From: Candidatus Hodarchaeum mangrovi
GTDB taxonomy: Archaea > Asgardarchaeota > Heimdallarchaeia > Hodarchaeales > Hodarchaeaceae
DNA length: 58,446 nt
Assembly (NCBI GenBank): GCA_016839515.1
Contig: JAEOUE010000031.1
Location: 1-58,446, forward strand
Direction: 5' to 3'
The notes beneath the pieces are model-generated. The model saw only the letters and a list, made by a program, of their open reading frames with translations. It was not told the origin of the DNA and ran no database searches. This document shows positions 10,287 to 20,211 of the stretch, in pieces. Each line of letters begins with the position of its first letter. The first letter of the stretch is position 1. The position numbers and the translations under genes were made by a program.

Positions 10287-10760
10287 ATGGATCAATTGGA
10301 CATCGAAGATTTAGAAATCGACCTATATGTTATCTATGATCTAATCATTCGTGGAGCTGGACTAATTTGTTCTCATTGTGGAGCTAAGTTTTCTTTAGAA
10401 GACTTATATGAAGAAAAAATTGTACAAGGGGAAGAAGGATATCTGGGTCATGTCGATTGTTTGCTAAAATATGTTATGAAAAGCGAGCCAGTAATTTCAA
10501 CAGGTTTAGCTTTTGGACTAGTTTCGGAATCTCATGTCCGTACAGAACTCCTTGAAAAACCTCTGGAATCTGTAATCCTCGATATTAGTCGTGCCTGCTC
10601 ATTTAAAAAGCTCTCCCCATCAAATCGCACAGGAGAATGTTCTAAATACGTAGCTTCAGAAGCAATGCTTATTCAATCAAGGAATAACTTTAATTATGAG
10701 CTTCTATTAAACTATCTTGATGATATTATTCCTGATCCAATGTACTCTGATTTAAATTGA
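10287..10760 (+). CDS. hypothetical Zn-binding protein
   Basis: CSHC...HVDC motif; first gene of an operon with the eL22-like gene. Confidence 0.55.
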   Translation: MDQLDIEDLEIDLYVIYDLIIRGAGLICSHCGAKFSLEDLYEEKIVQGEEGYLGHVDCLLKYVMKSEPVISTGLAFGLVSESHVRTELLEKPLESVILDISRACSFKKLSPSNRTGECSKYVASEAMLIQSRNNFNYELLLNYLDDIIPDPMYSDLN

Positions 10761-10767
10761 AGGAGAA

Positions 10768-11010
10768 ATGAAAATGAAAATTGATTTATCTGATATCCCA
10801 GATTCTGATTTAATTGATGAAATAATTAAAACAATTAAAGATAAAGAAAATCTAAAACCAAAAAAAGAAGGAAAGACAATTGTTGTCAATAATCTTTCTT
10901 CCCGAAAAATAAAATTTTATGCAAAAAAAGTTCTTGGAAAAGCTGAATTACCTGGATTCTATCGTGTGGTTTCTGAAGGTGATCATTTCAAAGTATATTA
11001 TAGAGAATAA
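10768..11010 (+). CDS. rpl22e: ribosomal protein eL22-like
   Basis: SRKIKFYAKKVLGKAELPGFYRVVS aligns with eukaryotic [26 protein letters not shown]; AGGAG RBS. Confidence 0.75.
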   Translation: MKMKIDLSDIPDSDLIDEIIKTIKDKENLKPKKEGKTIVVNNLSSRKIKFYAKKVLGKAELPGFYRVVSEGDHFKVYYRE

Positions 11011-11043
11011 TTATTTCTTTATTTATTCCTTTTTTAGAGGCTT

Positions 11044-12165
11044 ATGATGAAACTATCTGTTCATAATACATCTTGGGGGAGTAAGTACACAGGATCTTTA
11101 TCGAAAGGTTGTAAACAATGTATCTCTGGGCAAAAATTAGTCGTTCTTGTCTCAACAGAATGTTCTAGTAAATGTTTTTATTGCCCTTTAAGTTTAGAGA
11201 GGAAAGCTTCCCCTTTCGCTTTTGCTAATGAAAGGCCAATCACAGAAATTGATGATCTTATTATAGAAATGACAATAATGGATGCAAAAGGAGCAAGTAT
11301 GACTGGTGGAGATCCTTTAGAATCACATAGTTTTAATCAGACCCTTAATTTTTGTAAACTTCTTCGTTCAAAGTCGAAATCCTTTCATATCCATGTCTAT
11401 ACTAGGGGAAAAGAATTAGATGAATATAAGTTAACTGCTATTGCTCCTTATATTTCAGAAATTCGTTTTCATGTTAAAAACATTGAAAAAGACTTTAGGA
11501 GTATTGAATTGGCATTAAAAGCAAAATTAGATGTTGGGATTGAAGTACCAATAATCCCTACAAAAGGTATTAAATATTATCAAAAGTTGATTAAAAAGTT
11601 TGAAAAGCTTATTGAAGGAAAAAAATACTTCTATTTTATTAATTTCAATGAGTTGGAGGTAAGTGAAACTAATTATCGTAATTTATTGGCACATGGGTTA
11701 AAATGTGATCCCCACAATCAAGCTGCAGTAGCAGAAAGCTTTAAACTAGGGCATGAAATTGTGATATGGGCGAATTCAAATTCGAATGTTCCAGTTCATT
11801 TTTGTGCACTACGCACAAAAGATACAGTACAATTATCAAACCGTTTATATCGAATTGCCCAGTCTGTTCACCTTCCATCAGATGTAATAATTGAAAAAGG
11901 TATAGATAGAGGGTTATTAATCAGAGGGGTAATTGAATCCGAGTCTGATAATTTGAAAGAAATAAAAGAAACACTAATTACTGAATTTGAAGTTCCAGAG
12001 GAATGGGTACATTTAGATTCAAAAAAACATCGAATACTTACAAATGCAGGGGTATTAGAAGATCTCAAAGATGAATTACTAGTTTATTTCCCTAATTTAA
12101 AACTTGGAATAGCTGAAGAATATCCAACCTATGATCAACTTCAAACAACATATATCCCTTTATAA
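11044..12165 (+). CDS. radical SAM protein (archaeal COG2108-like)
   Basis: KGCKQC, CxxxCFYCPLS, ANERP, TGGDP, NELE.SETN. Confidence 0.85.
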   Translation: MMKLSVHNTSWGSKYTGSLSKGCKQCISGQKLVVLVSTECSSKCFYCPLSLERKASPFAFANERPITEIDDLIIEMTIMDAKGASMTGGDPLESHSFNQTLNFCKLLRSKSKSFHIHVYTRGKELDEYKLTAIAPYISEIRFHVKNIEKDFRSIELALKAKLDVGIEVPIIPTKGIKYYQKLIKKFEKLIEGKKYFYFINFNELEVSETNYRNLLAHGLKCDPHNQAAVAESFKLGHEIVIWANSNSNVPVHFCALRTKDTVQLSNRLYRIAQSVHLPSDVIIEKGIDRGLLIRGVIESESDNLKEIKETLITEFEVPEEWVHLDSKKHRILTNAGVLEDLKDELLVYFPNLKLGIAEEYPTYDQLQTTYIPL

Positions 12166-12177
12166 TAAAAAATGTAG

Positions 12178-13308
12178 CTAAGAGACTTCTCGCCATAAAA
12201 TACCCAATTTATCAGCATAGTTTCTAGCATCTTGCAATTCTTCTCCTTTAAGTCTCCGATTAAGATTTTGATAAGCACTATTTCTGTGAATTTTATGCTC
12301 AGGTCTCCACTGACCCATAATATTTACAAAAGCTTGCTCGGTCTTTTGTGAACACCAATCTAAGATTGGAAAAGTATCCTTTGCAACCCTTTCAGGCATA
12401 ACAAGGTGTCGAATTATCATTTCCTTAGTCCCAAAATCATAAGCTTGCTTGATATTACGTGTTGTAATTTCCCAATAGTTTTGGGCTTGAGTCATCTCAT
12501 AAGCAAATTGGTTTTCATAGAACTTAAGATCTGGTAACCAAAAATCCATGATATCAACTATCAAATCCATACCCTCAGGACTGAGATACATGTTTGAGTT
12601 CCATAATTGGATTACATTTTCTTTGAAAAACGTTAATGACTTTAAAATATTATGTATATTCGGGGTAGGTTCACCTCCTACCCAATTAATGTTTTTTGCA
12701 CCGTTCTTCGATAGATCTGCCATGATTTGGGATATAGATTGAGGATCAATGATTCTGCCTTCTTTCAATTTATTAATACTCCCCCATTCTTGAGAAATAG
12801 TCCAATTCTGACAGAAAATACACTTGAAAGTGCAACCTGTAAAGAAAATTGTTCCTGATGGAATCAAAGGGGGTTCTTCACCAATGTGTAAGAAAGCCGA
12901 GGTGATCACGCTTTCTGTAGATAAGCGACAAAACCCTCGCTGATTTTTTGTTCTATCTACACCGCAACTTCTTTCGCAAAAATGACAGTTATTTAATATA
13001 ATACTGGCAATGTATACTTTTAAATCTAAAAATGAAATTTGAGGAGTTGGGATTTCTTTAAATGATAATTTTCCGTCTTGAACCTGGTGATTTAGTTTAT
13101 TAAATGTTTTTCTGGTTTTCTTATGAATATCCCATAATTCTTGAATCGTAAAATTATTGAGTTTTTCTATACTAAGGGGGGTTTTCTTTGCAATCAAGTA
13201 ATGAGCTATTTTTTTTCCATTTTGGACATCAAGATAGTGTTCAAAACGTTTTTTTATTGCTGGATTTTGTAAGATCGAATCATTTCTGAAGCTAACAATT
13301 CTAAACAT
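12178..13308 (-). CDS. radical SAM protein, PflX-like (PFL-activating enzyme family)
   Basis: CHFCERSCGVDR, HIGEE, GCTFKCIFCQN, GGEPTP, IIRHLVMP. Confidence 0.88.
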   Translation of the reverse strand: MFRIVSFRNDSILQNPAIKKRFEHYLDVQNGKKIAHYLIAKKTPLSIEKLNNFTIQELWDIHKKTRKTFNKLNHQVQDGKLSFKEIPTPQISFLDLKVYIASIILNNCHFCERSCGVDRTKNQRGFCRLSTESVITSAFLHIGEEPPLIPSGTIFFTGCTFKCIFCQNWTISQEWGSINKLKEGRIIDPQSISQIMADLSKNGAKNINWVGGEPTPNIHNILKSLTFFKENVIQLWNSNMYLSPEGMDLIVDIMDFWLPDLKFYENQFAYEMTQAQNYWEITTRNIKQAYDFGTKEMIIRHLVMPERVAKDTFPILDWCSQKTEQAFVNIMGQWRPEHKIHRNSAYQNLNRRLKGEELQDARNYADKLGILWREVS

Positions 13309-13597
13309 TATCCTATCCCAAACAATTCTAATTAATCTTAAAATTCATAATTTTATTTTATTTTTTTAATTTTTATTTCAGTTTTTCATCAAAAAGCCTC
13401 AGTTTTTATAATAAAATAATAAACTAAAATATTACCTTGATTATTGTACTTTAAGGTTTAAATACTCGAGCTCTTATAAATCCCATAGAGATCTACTAAA
13501 AAATCGGTTAAAGGGATTAAGAAAAAGACTTCAATCCTTAACTAAAATCCATCATATAGAAAAAAAAAACAGAATTTCAAGATAAAAGGTGTAATAT

Positions 13598-13822
13598 GTG
13601 GCAAGATGTCCTGAATGTAGTGGTGAAGCAAAATGGCAATCACCATTTTATGTATGTACGGTTTGTGGGTTAGCACTACGTCGTAGAGAATATGAACGTA
13701 TGCATCATCGCCAGAAGACAGCCTTATGGGAAGCTCAACTAGACGATCAGCAAGATGAGCATGAAAAAAAGCGAAAAAAACATAAGGAATACGAGGATTG
13801 GTTTCTAGGATCAAAAAAGTAA
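13598..13822 (+). CDS. small Zn-ribbon protein
   Basis: CPEC...CTVCG, charged helix, EYEDWFLGSKK; AGGTG RBS before GTG. Confidence 0.7.
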   Translation: MARCPECSGEAKWQSPFYVCTVCGLALRRREYERMHHRQKTALWEAQLDDQQDEHEKKRKKHKEYEDWFLGSKK

Positions 13823-13900
13823 CAACAACCAAAATGAGACGTAGAACAAAAATTTAATAAAAATAAACCCTATAAGACTATTTTAACTAAATCAATTTGA

Positions 13901-14004
13901 CGGGCCCTACGAGATTTGAACCCGCGACCTCTCTCGAGAAGATATGAATAACCAACTCTTTTGCTCCGGAGGCAAGCGCTCTGTCCATACTGAGCTAAGG
14001 GCCC
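13901..14004 (-). tRNA. tRNA-Arg(CCG) with 29-nt intron at non-canonical 41/42 (13933-13961)
   Basis: Cloverleaf GGGCCCT...AGGGCCC, anticodon arm CTTGC-CTCCGGA-GCA|AG restored by intron removal; relaxed BHB. Confidence 0.9.
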
Positions 14005-14036
14005 TTGTTATATATTTAAATAAGATCATTGAAGAA

Positions 14037-14141
14037 CGGACTCGAGGGGATTTGAACCCCCGAACCCTCTGCTTTCTCAACGAACTTTAGTAAATTTTCA
14101 TATAGGAGGCAGATGCTCTATCCATGCTGAGCTACGAGTCC
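14037..14141 (-). tRNA. tRNA-Arg(CCT) with 29-nt canonical 37/38 intron (14074-14102)
   Basis: GGACTCG acceptor, TCTGC-CTCCTA|A-GCAGA, TTCAAAT loop. Confidence 0.92.
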
Positions 14142-14171
14142 AAATTTCGTAATATATATTATTTAGGAAAA

Positions 14172-14249
14172 TGGCGGATCCGAGGGGATTTGAACCCCCG
14201 GCCTGCGACTTAGAAGGCCGCCGCTCTGTCCATGCTGAGCTACGGATCC
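14172..14249 (-). tRNA. tRNA-Arg(TCT), intronless, CCA encoded
   Basis: GGATCCG acceptor, GCGGC-CTTCTAA-GTCGC, ends GCCA. Confidence 0.95.
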
Positions 14250-14585
14250 TGAATTTATACTAAACTGTGTGAATCCCTGCTTTATTGCAAATTAATCATT
14301 TTCTATTAATGATTTTTAATTTTTGTTTTTTAATAAATTGGGTCATTACCCAGCTTTTTTCTAGGAATCAATATAGAATCTTTTTATTGTGTCTTCTTTC
14401 ATAATCATTAGAAAAATATATAGCTGGATTATGATAGCTATCAAACTTTGAACCAAGAATAGTTGATATTCTATTATTTTTTCTTAAATGCATCAATTTA
14501 AAATATTTAGATCATTGGAGAGAAGAATCAAATATGGAGCTTGATGAGTATCATATTGATGTCAAGCATTGGTAAAAATAACTAT

Positions 14586-16502
14586 TTAACTAGGAAATCC
14601 TGTGGGATTTGAAGATGATGGAATTGACGCTTGTTTATGAGGTTGTTGGTTCAATGCAGCAGCTAGGTCCTTTTGATTCCATCCAATCAAGGCAATTGCA
14701 AATACTTCGTCAATATTTTCTACAGAAGTAATTTTAATTTTATCTTTTATTTTATCATCTAAAACAAGATCAGCTTCGTTAACCTTTGGAATTATGACCT
14801 CAGAAATGCCTTCTAGAGCAGCACCTTCTACTTTTGCCGTTATTCCTCCAACGGGTAAAACCTCACCTCGTACCGATAGAGATCCTGTCATTGCTAAATC
14901 CTGACGAACAGGTAGATTTAATAAGTCACTCATAATCGCAGTAGCTATTGTGATGCTTGCACTGTCTCCTTCAATGCCCCCATATGTTCCTAAAAATTGT
15001 ATGTGAACATCCATTTTTGATATGTTCTGACCTGTGTATTTTTTAATTAATGCAGAAACATTCTGCACGGATTCACGTGCAATAACTCGCAATTGACCTG
15101 TAGCAATAGTTCTTCCACCTACACCTTGAGCTACTGTCACTTGTGCTTCAATTGGGGTAATATGACCTCCTCTAGCACCACCAGCAGGATCAGATGAAAC
15201 TGCAAGTCCATTTACCCTACCAACCTTTCCTCCACTCGTCTTGATAACTTGATACTCTTTTTTATGTTCTACTTGTTTATCAGCTAATTGGTTCTCTAAT
15301 GAACGGGCTAAATCACGTGCTGCATACACATGCCGAGGTTCAACAAAAGGAACACCTTCCTCTCTAGCAATATCTCCTGCAGCACGAATTAATCCACCCA
15401 AATCTCTTAAACGTAGAGATAAACGGTTTTTTCGCTCTGCTCGTTTTTTTGCTTCTAGAATAATAGCTAATACCGCACTTCGTGAGAAATGAGGAATTTT
15501 CCCATCTTTAACAATTTCTTGAGCCACAAAACGAACGAGTCTTCGACGGTTTTCCATAATATCAGGCATTGAGTGATTAACTGCAATTTCATATCCGTAA
15601 CCACGAATTCTTGAACGTAAAGCTGGATGCATCCTCCGAACGGTATCTATATTTCCAGAAGCGACAAGAACAAAATCACAGGGAACGGCTTCAGTTCTCA
15701 CCATAGCACCGCTAGATAGTTCAGATTGTCCTGTTATGGCTAGTTGTCTATCTTGCATTGCTGTAAGTAATTGTTGTTGTGTTTTCTGATTTAGAGTTGC
15801 TACTTCATCAATATAAAGAACTCCTTTATGAGATTTATGAATTAACCCAGCTTCTACACGATCATGAGCAGGAGTTCCCAAGCCTCCAGATTGAAAAGGA
15901 TCGTGTCTAACATCACCTAATAGAGCTCCAGCATGAGCACCAGTAGCATCATTAAATGGTGCGCTAGTACTTTCTGAATTATCAACCAATAATTTTGGTA
16001 CCAAATTTTCTCGTCTACTTCTAAATTGACCAATTACAAAAAATGCCACTAGGGCAACTAAAAATGCAAACAACAACTCTGTTGGAAACAAGAGAATCGC
16101 AATAATTATTATAAGAGCAGGAATTCCCAATAGGAGCATATTTCGTTGTTGGTCAGCTTTTCTTGCTAGTTGTTTATAATGGTCTACAATTTTTCTTCCC
16201 TCAAGAGCGGGAACTGTCATTATTCGAGGATTATGAGAGTCATTTTGATTTGGAAGGCACAATATATCTTCCAATTCCTCACGAGGTAATAATTCTGCCA
16301 GTGCTTGACCTAACATCGATTTTCCTGTCCCAGGATCCCCGATTAGTAAGACATTTCTTCTTTGGATTGCTGCTTTCTTAATAATTTCAACAGGTAGTTC
16401 TTGACCAATAACCTGATCGACTAACCTAGATGGGATGGGAATTTCTTGAGTTGTTTCGAAATCCATATCCACATCAATTGATTGTAGTTTTGTTACAGCC
16501 AT
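14586..16502 (-). CDS. lonB: ATP-dependent protease LonB (membrane-anchored)
   Basis: GDPGTGKS, TM hairpin insertion, HDPFQSGGL, GDSAS catalytic Ser and Lys dyad. Confidence 0.96.
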   Translation of the reverse strand: MAVTKLQSIDVDMDFETTQEIPIPSRLVDQVIGQELPVEIIKKAAIQRRNVLLIGDPGTGKSMLGQALAELLPREELEDILCLPNQNDSHNPRIMTVPALEGRKIVDHYKQLARKADQQRNMLLLGIPALIIIIAILLFPTELLFAFLVALVAFFVIGQFRSRRENLVPKLLVDNSESTSAPFNDATGAHAGALLGDVRHDPFQSGGLGTPAHDRVEAGLIHKSHKGVLYIDEVATLNQKTQQQLLTAMQDRQLAITGQSELSSGAMVRTEAVPCDFVLVASGNIDTVRRMHPALRSRIRGYGYEIAVNHSMPDIMENRRRLVRFVAQEIVKDGKIPHFSRSAVLAIILEAKKRAERKNRLSLRLRDLGGLIRAAGDIAREEGVPFVEPRHVYAARDLARSLENQLADKQVEHKKEYQVIKTSGGKVGRVNGLAVSSDPAGGARGGHITPIEAQVTVAQGVGGRTIATGQLRVIARESVQNVSALIKKYTGQNISKMDVHIQFLGTYGGIEGDSASITIATAIMSDLLNLPVRQDLAMTGSLSVRGEVLPVGGITAKVEGAALEGISEVIIPKVNEADLVLDDKIKDKIKITSVENIDEVFAIALIGWNQKDLAAALNQQPHKQASIPSSSNPTGFPS

Positions 16503-16594
16503 TTATTCATTCCTGCATAATAGAAGATTGAAATTTGTTATTTTTCTTTTAAAAGGTTACTTGAATACTTTTAATCATCCATTAATCTGAATCT

Positions 16595-16692
16595 TATTGC
16601 ATATAATTCTTTAATGATGATATTCCATCAATTAAAATCAAACTCAGATTACCTTTAAATGACTAGCTTTTATGTAACTGAATAATGCAATA
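16595..16692 (+). ncRNA. candidate box C/D guide sRNA
   Basis: C ATGATGA 16614-20, D' CAGA 16645-48, C' ATGACTA 16659-65, 12-nt guide, D CTGA 16678-81; flanking TATTGCAT/ATGCAATA stem. Confidence 0.55.
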
Positions 16693-16809
16693 TTTTAGAT
16701 ATTTACCTTCAAATAAAATTTTAGTTTTTCAAATCATCCCTTTACATTATTTCTTGTTAATGTTTCATTAACAGGAATTATAAATTTTCTCTAAATAACT
16801 GAAAGAAAA

Positions 16810-17946
16810 TTATTTCTTTACAAAAACTAATATTTTTCGAGTTAATGATCTATGTACATACTGGTAGAATATATATACTGAGGCATGCAAGATCTCTGAA
16901 GCTTGCTCTTCAATTTCCAAGTTGGCAGGGATTGCTAACACAACACGTTGATTTGAAGAAAGAATAGGAGATATTTCTTTAAAAAACCTTATTATTAATT
17001 TAGGAAGAGATATCCCTTTAGTAGAAGCTGCTGTTCCATATGGAGGATCTGTAACTACTCCTGAAATACTCCCTTTTGAAATACATATATTTAGAGCATC
17101 TCCATGTATCAATGATGTAATTTTTGAATATTCAAAAAATTTTAGATTCTGAAACGCCCCCCAAACGATTCTTTTATCTATTTCAATACCAATCGACCTA
17201 ATTCCCATCCGTGCAGCTTCCATAACTCCTCCACCAGACCCACAAAATGGGTCAAGCATCAAATCATTTGTTTTTAAAGCAGCAAGATTAATCATAGTTC
17301 TTAGCAAAATGGGATTCATTGAGCTTGGATGAAAAAAAGGACGTGTATGAGCTGTTCTTTTTCTAACTTCCTTACGTAATGAAGATCCTATAAGAACTCC
17401 AAACCAAAATCCATACTCACTAATAATACCTAAAAATTGTTCATCGGGATTTCGCAAGTTTACCTTTTTTTGAGGATATAATGCTTGAATTTTAGCTCCC
17501 AAATTCCTAGATAATTCTAATGTTATTGATTTATCTTTTAGAAATCCTTTAGGTATACCTATTCGCTTAATAATTATCCCAAATGATTTTTCTGGATTTT
17601 GAATATATAAGTTAGATTTGTGAACTTGTCTATACAAATCAGAATACGATTTAATACCATACTTTATGAAATCTAAATTTAAACTTCTTTTAAAACAAAC
17701 ATGAACCTGTGTCAATCGATCTAAAAGATCTTCAACGATTTTTTGAGCATCTATTTGTCTAGTATTGATACTCAAAGTAAGCTCAATAATTCGTTTATCC
17801 GAAAATATATTAATAGCATATTCTTTGAATTGTCCTTTTGCTAAAACATTAAAAACAGTCTGAAATTCGAATTCAGCTAATTCAGGATTTTCACCAGAAA
17901 GTAAAAAATAAAATATTAAGTTAGAAAGATCTAGATCTGATTCCAA
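16810..17946 (-). CDS. trm11: tRNA m2G10 methyltransferase (Trm11/TrmG10, THUMP + MTase)
   Basis: LSGE.PELA..E, VNLRNPD, RPFFHPSSM, DPFCGSG, TDPPYG, VHRSLTR. Confidence 0.92.
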   Translation of the reverse strand: MESDLDLSNLIFYFLLSGENPELAEFEFQTVFNVLAKGQFKEYAINIFSDKRIIELTLSINTRQIDAQKIVEDLLDRLTQVHVCFKRSLNLDFIKYGIKSYSDLYRQVHKSNLYIQNPEKSFGIIIKRIGIPKGFLKDKSITLELSRNLGAKIQALYPQKKVNLRNPDEQFLGIISEYGFWFGVLIGSSLRKEVRKRTAHTRPFFHPSSMNPILLRTMINLAALKTNDLMLDPFCGSGGGVMEAARMGIRSIGIEIDKRIVWGAFQNLKFFEYSKITSLIHGDALNICISKGSISGVVTDPPYGTAASTKGISLPKLIIRFFKEISPILSSNQRVVLAIPANLEIEEQASEILHASVYIFYQYVHRSLTRKILVFVKK

Positions 17947-17992
17947 AATTTAAACTCCTAATTGTAATAAGGATGAGGATCTTGATTAAATC

Positions 17993-19099
17993 TTATGAAT
18001 AATGGTTTAATGACTCATCAAGAATTTTATTTTTTTTCAATACCTCAATTAAATCAGACATATTAATAGATTTTTTATCATTAAGAACTGCAGAATGAAT
18101 TGCATTCTTAATAATTTTCTCTTTGAGATCTCTAGCTGACCAACCATGAGTTTTTTCCACGACAGTTTTCCAGTGAATTTTAATAAAGGGTATTGGTGAT
18201 GTTGAAGCATATTTCTTTAGGATTTGCATTCTTTCATCCATATCTGGGATTTTAAATTCAATAAGTTGCTCAAATCGACTTAAAATGGCTGCATCTAAAA
18301 GTTCAGGCTGATTAGTTGAACCAATTGTGATGATACCTTCATTACGTTCGATACCATCTAATTCACCAAGTAGAGCACTAACGAGCTCAATAACGTCTCC
18401 TCGGATACTTTGATAATTACGCTTTAATCCTATCGTGTCTAACTCATCTATAAAAACAATTGATGGCGATTTTTGCTTAGCATCAATGTAAAGTTTTTGA
18501 ATTTTCCGTGCACCATCACCAACGTACATTCCAAGTAGATCACTTGCCTTAACTAAAAACATTGGAAAATCTGATTCTTGAGCAAGTGCTCTTGCCATCA
18601 TGGTCTTACCATTACCAGGTGGCCCCCAAAATAAAATGTTTCGTGGTGCCCATTCAGAACGCATCAGTTTTTCAGAGGCTAGGAATTTAGCAATGACTTT
18701 ACATTTTTCTTTTGCGGTATCTTGACCTACAATGTCAATAAAATGAGTATTATCAGTCTTTTGGATTATAGGAGGTTCTGGTTCCTGTTCAGATATTAGA
18801 CTTATTTCAGTTTTTTCAGTTATCTGTGATGATTCAGGTTCGACAGTGATTGCACGAAAAGCATAATCTGGAAATAGGAGAGAATCAAATAAAAAACTTC
18901 CTTTTTGAACAACTAACCCAATCCATTGACTTCTTGCATATTGCTGAAATAATGTTGGATCATCAGTTGTCAAAAAAGGAGTAAGTTCTTCACCTGCTCG
19001 TAAAGGATAACCTACTGGCTTAAGAACTAATGTGATAGCCTTTTTCGCTTTTTCAGGAAGAGAATCTTGTTTAGGAAGAATTTTCGGTTGATATTCCAC
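17993..19099 (-). CDS. archaeal AAA+ ATPase (COG1223-like)
   Basis: LKPVGYP N-domain, WAPRNILFWGPPGNGKT, IVFIDELD, SRH. Confidence 0.9.
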   Translation of the reverse strand: MEYQPKILPKQDSLPEKAKKAITLVLKPVGYPLRAGEELTPFLTTDDPTLFQQYARSQWIGLVVQKGSFLFDSLLFPDYAFRAITVEPESSQITEKTEISLISEQEPEPPIIQKTDNTHFIDIVGQDTAKEKCKVIAKFLASEKLMRSEWAPRNILFWGPPGNGKTMMARALAQESDFPMFLVKASDLLGMYVGDGARKIQKLYIDAKQKSPSIVFIDELDTIGLKRNYQSIRGDVIELVSALLGELDGIERNEGIITIGSTNQPELLDAAILSRFEQLIEFKIPDMDERMQILKKYASTSPIPFIKIHWKTVVEKTHGWSARDLKEKIIKNAIHSAVLNDKKSINMSDLIEVLKKNKILDESLNHYS

Positions 19100-19358
19100 T
19101 TACTATGTTCGTCTCCTATTGTTTTATTTCAAATCAATATTGATTACTAGACTTTCATATCCTTTTTCAAATAGTTTAGTTAAATCTTCAACGTCTTATT
19201 GAAATGATAAATTCCTAATAAAATATGTATTTTTGTAAATAATATTATAATAAAGAATGAAATCATAGTTCTATTAAAAAAAGGCATTCTAATTCTTTTA
19301 TCATAATAATAGATAGATTGAGAATATGAAAATAAAGGAGAGGAAATATAAAATGGAG

Positions 19359-19463
19359 TGGGTTCGAGGGGACTTTCAAGAAAATTCTTGTTGAACTTTC
19401 TATTTGAACCCCCGGGCTCGCGCGCCCCAGGCGCGGATCCTAGCCAAACTAGACCACGAACCC
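19359..19463 (-). tRNA. tRNA-Pro(GGG) with 30-nt T-loop intron at 59/60 (19373-19402)
   Basis: CGCGC-CTGGGGC-GCGCG anticodon arm; BHB TTCA-AAT / TGAA-AGT; splicing restores TTCAAAT. Confidence 0.92.
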
Positions 19464-19671
19464 ATGAATTTTTAATTCTTGTTACAGGATAAATTCGTTT
19501 GAAGTACCTATAAATTAATTTATTCGCATTTAATATCCAGTAAAAGACAATTAACTGTGAAAAAATAAATATTATATACTTATCTTATGCTCTACATTAA
19601 ATTATTGTCTAAAGGAAAACTAACTAAAATGTCTTTTGAAGTATCTAAAGTTATTCATCCAATTAATTTGT

Positions 19672-20040
19672 TTAAACGATAATTGAGTCAATTACAGTTT
19701 CAGTACCTGAAAGGATTTCAGTTTTATAACTTTTACACTTTGGACATTGAAAAATAGGAGCTAATTCATTATGATCTTGTGGGAGATTTTCAATTTTGCC
19801 TTCAAAATTACAATTTAAACATTTCAATTCACCTGGAACCCATTCAATTTGCAATTCGGTTTTTTCAGTCATTTTTATACTTTTTTGCACAATTTCAAAA
19901 CAAAATCTAAATTGATCTTCTTGGATTAATGCAAAGGCACCAAATTTTAAGATAATCTTTTTAATCTTAGTAAAATCTTTTTGTTTTGCAACAGAAACAA
20001 TTGTTTCTAACACAGTCTGTGCTAAGGAAAATTCGTGCAT
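19672..20040 (-). CDS. hypA: hydrogenase maturation Ni chaperone HypA
   Basis: MHEFSLA start, two CxxC motifs. Confidence 0.93.
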   Translation of the reverse strand: MHEFSLAQTVLETIVSVAKQKDFTKIKKIILKFGAFALIQEDQFRFCFEIVQKSIKMTEKTELQIEWVPGELKCLNCNFEGKIENLPQDHNELAPIFQCPKCKSYKTEILSGTETVIDSIIV

Positions 20041-20211
20041 TATTTTTCAAAAATAAGTAATTCAAGAAGTTTTAAAGAAAATTGTGGTTTGAATAAAAAA
20101 AATGAGTTCTTTGTTAGTTAATTTAAAATCTAAGCATATTATGAGAATATTACATCTGCCTTTATTTTTTTTGTCGGTTATCCTCATATGAAAAGAAGGA
20201 AGGCATAACTA

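Noticed and set aside
14539-14567. GCTTGA/TCAAGC hairpin containing TGATGA
   Set aside because: No D box; may simply be a lonB 3' structure
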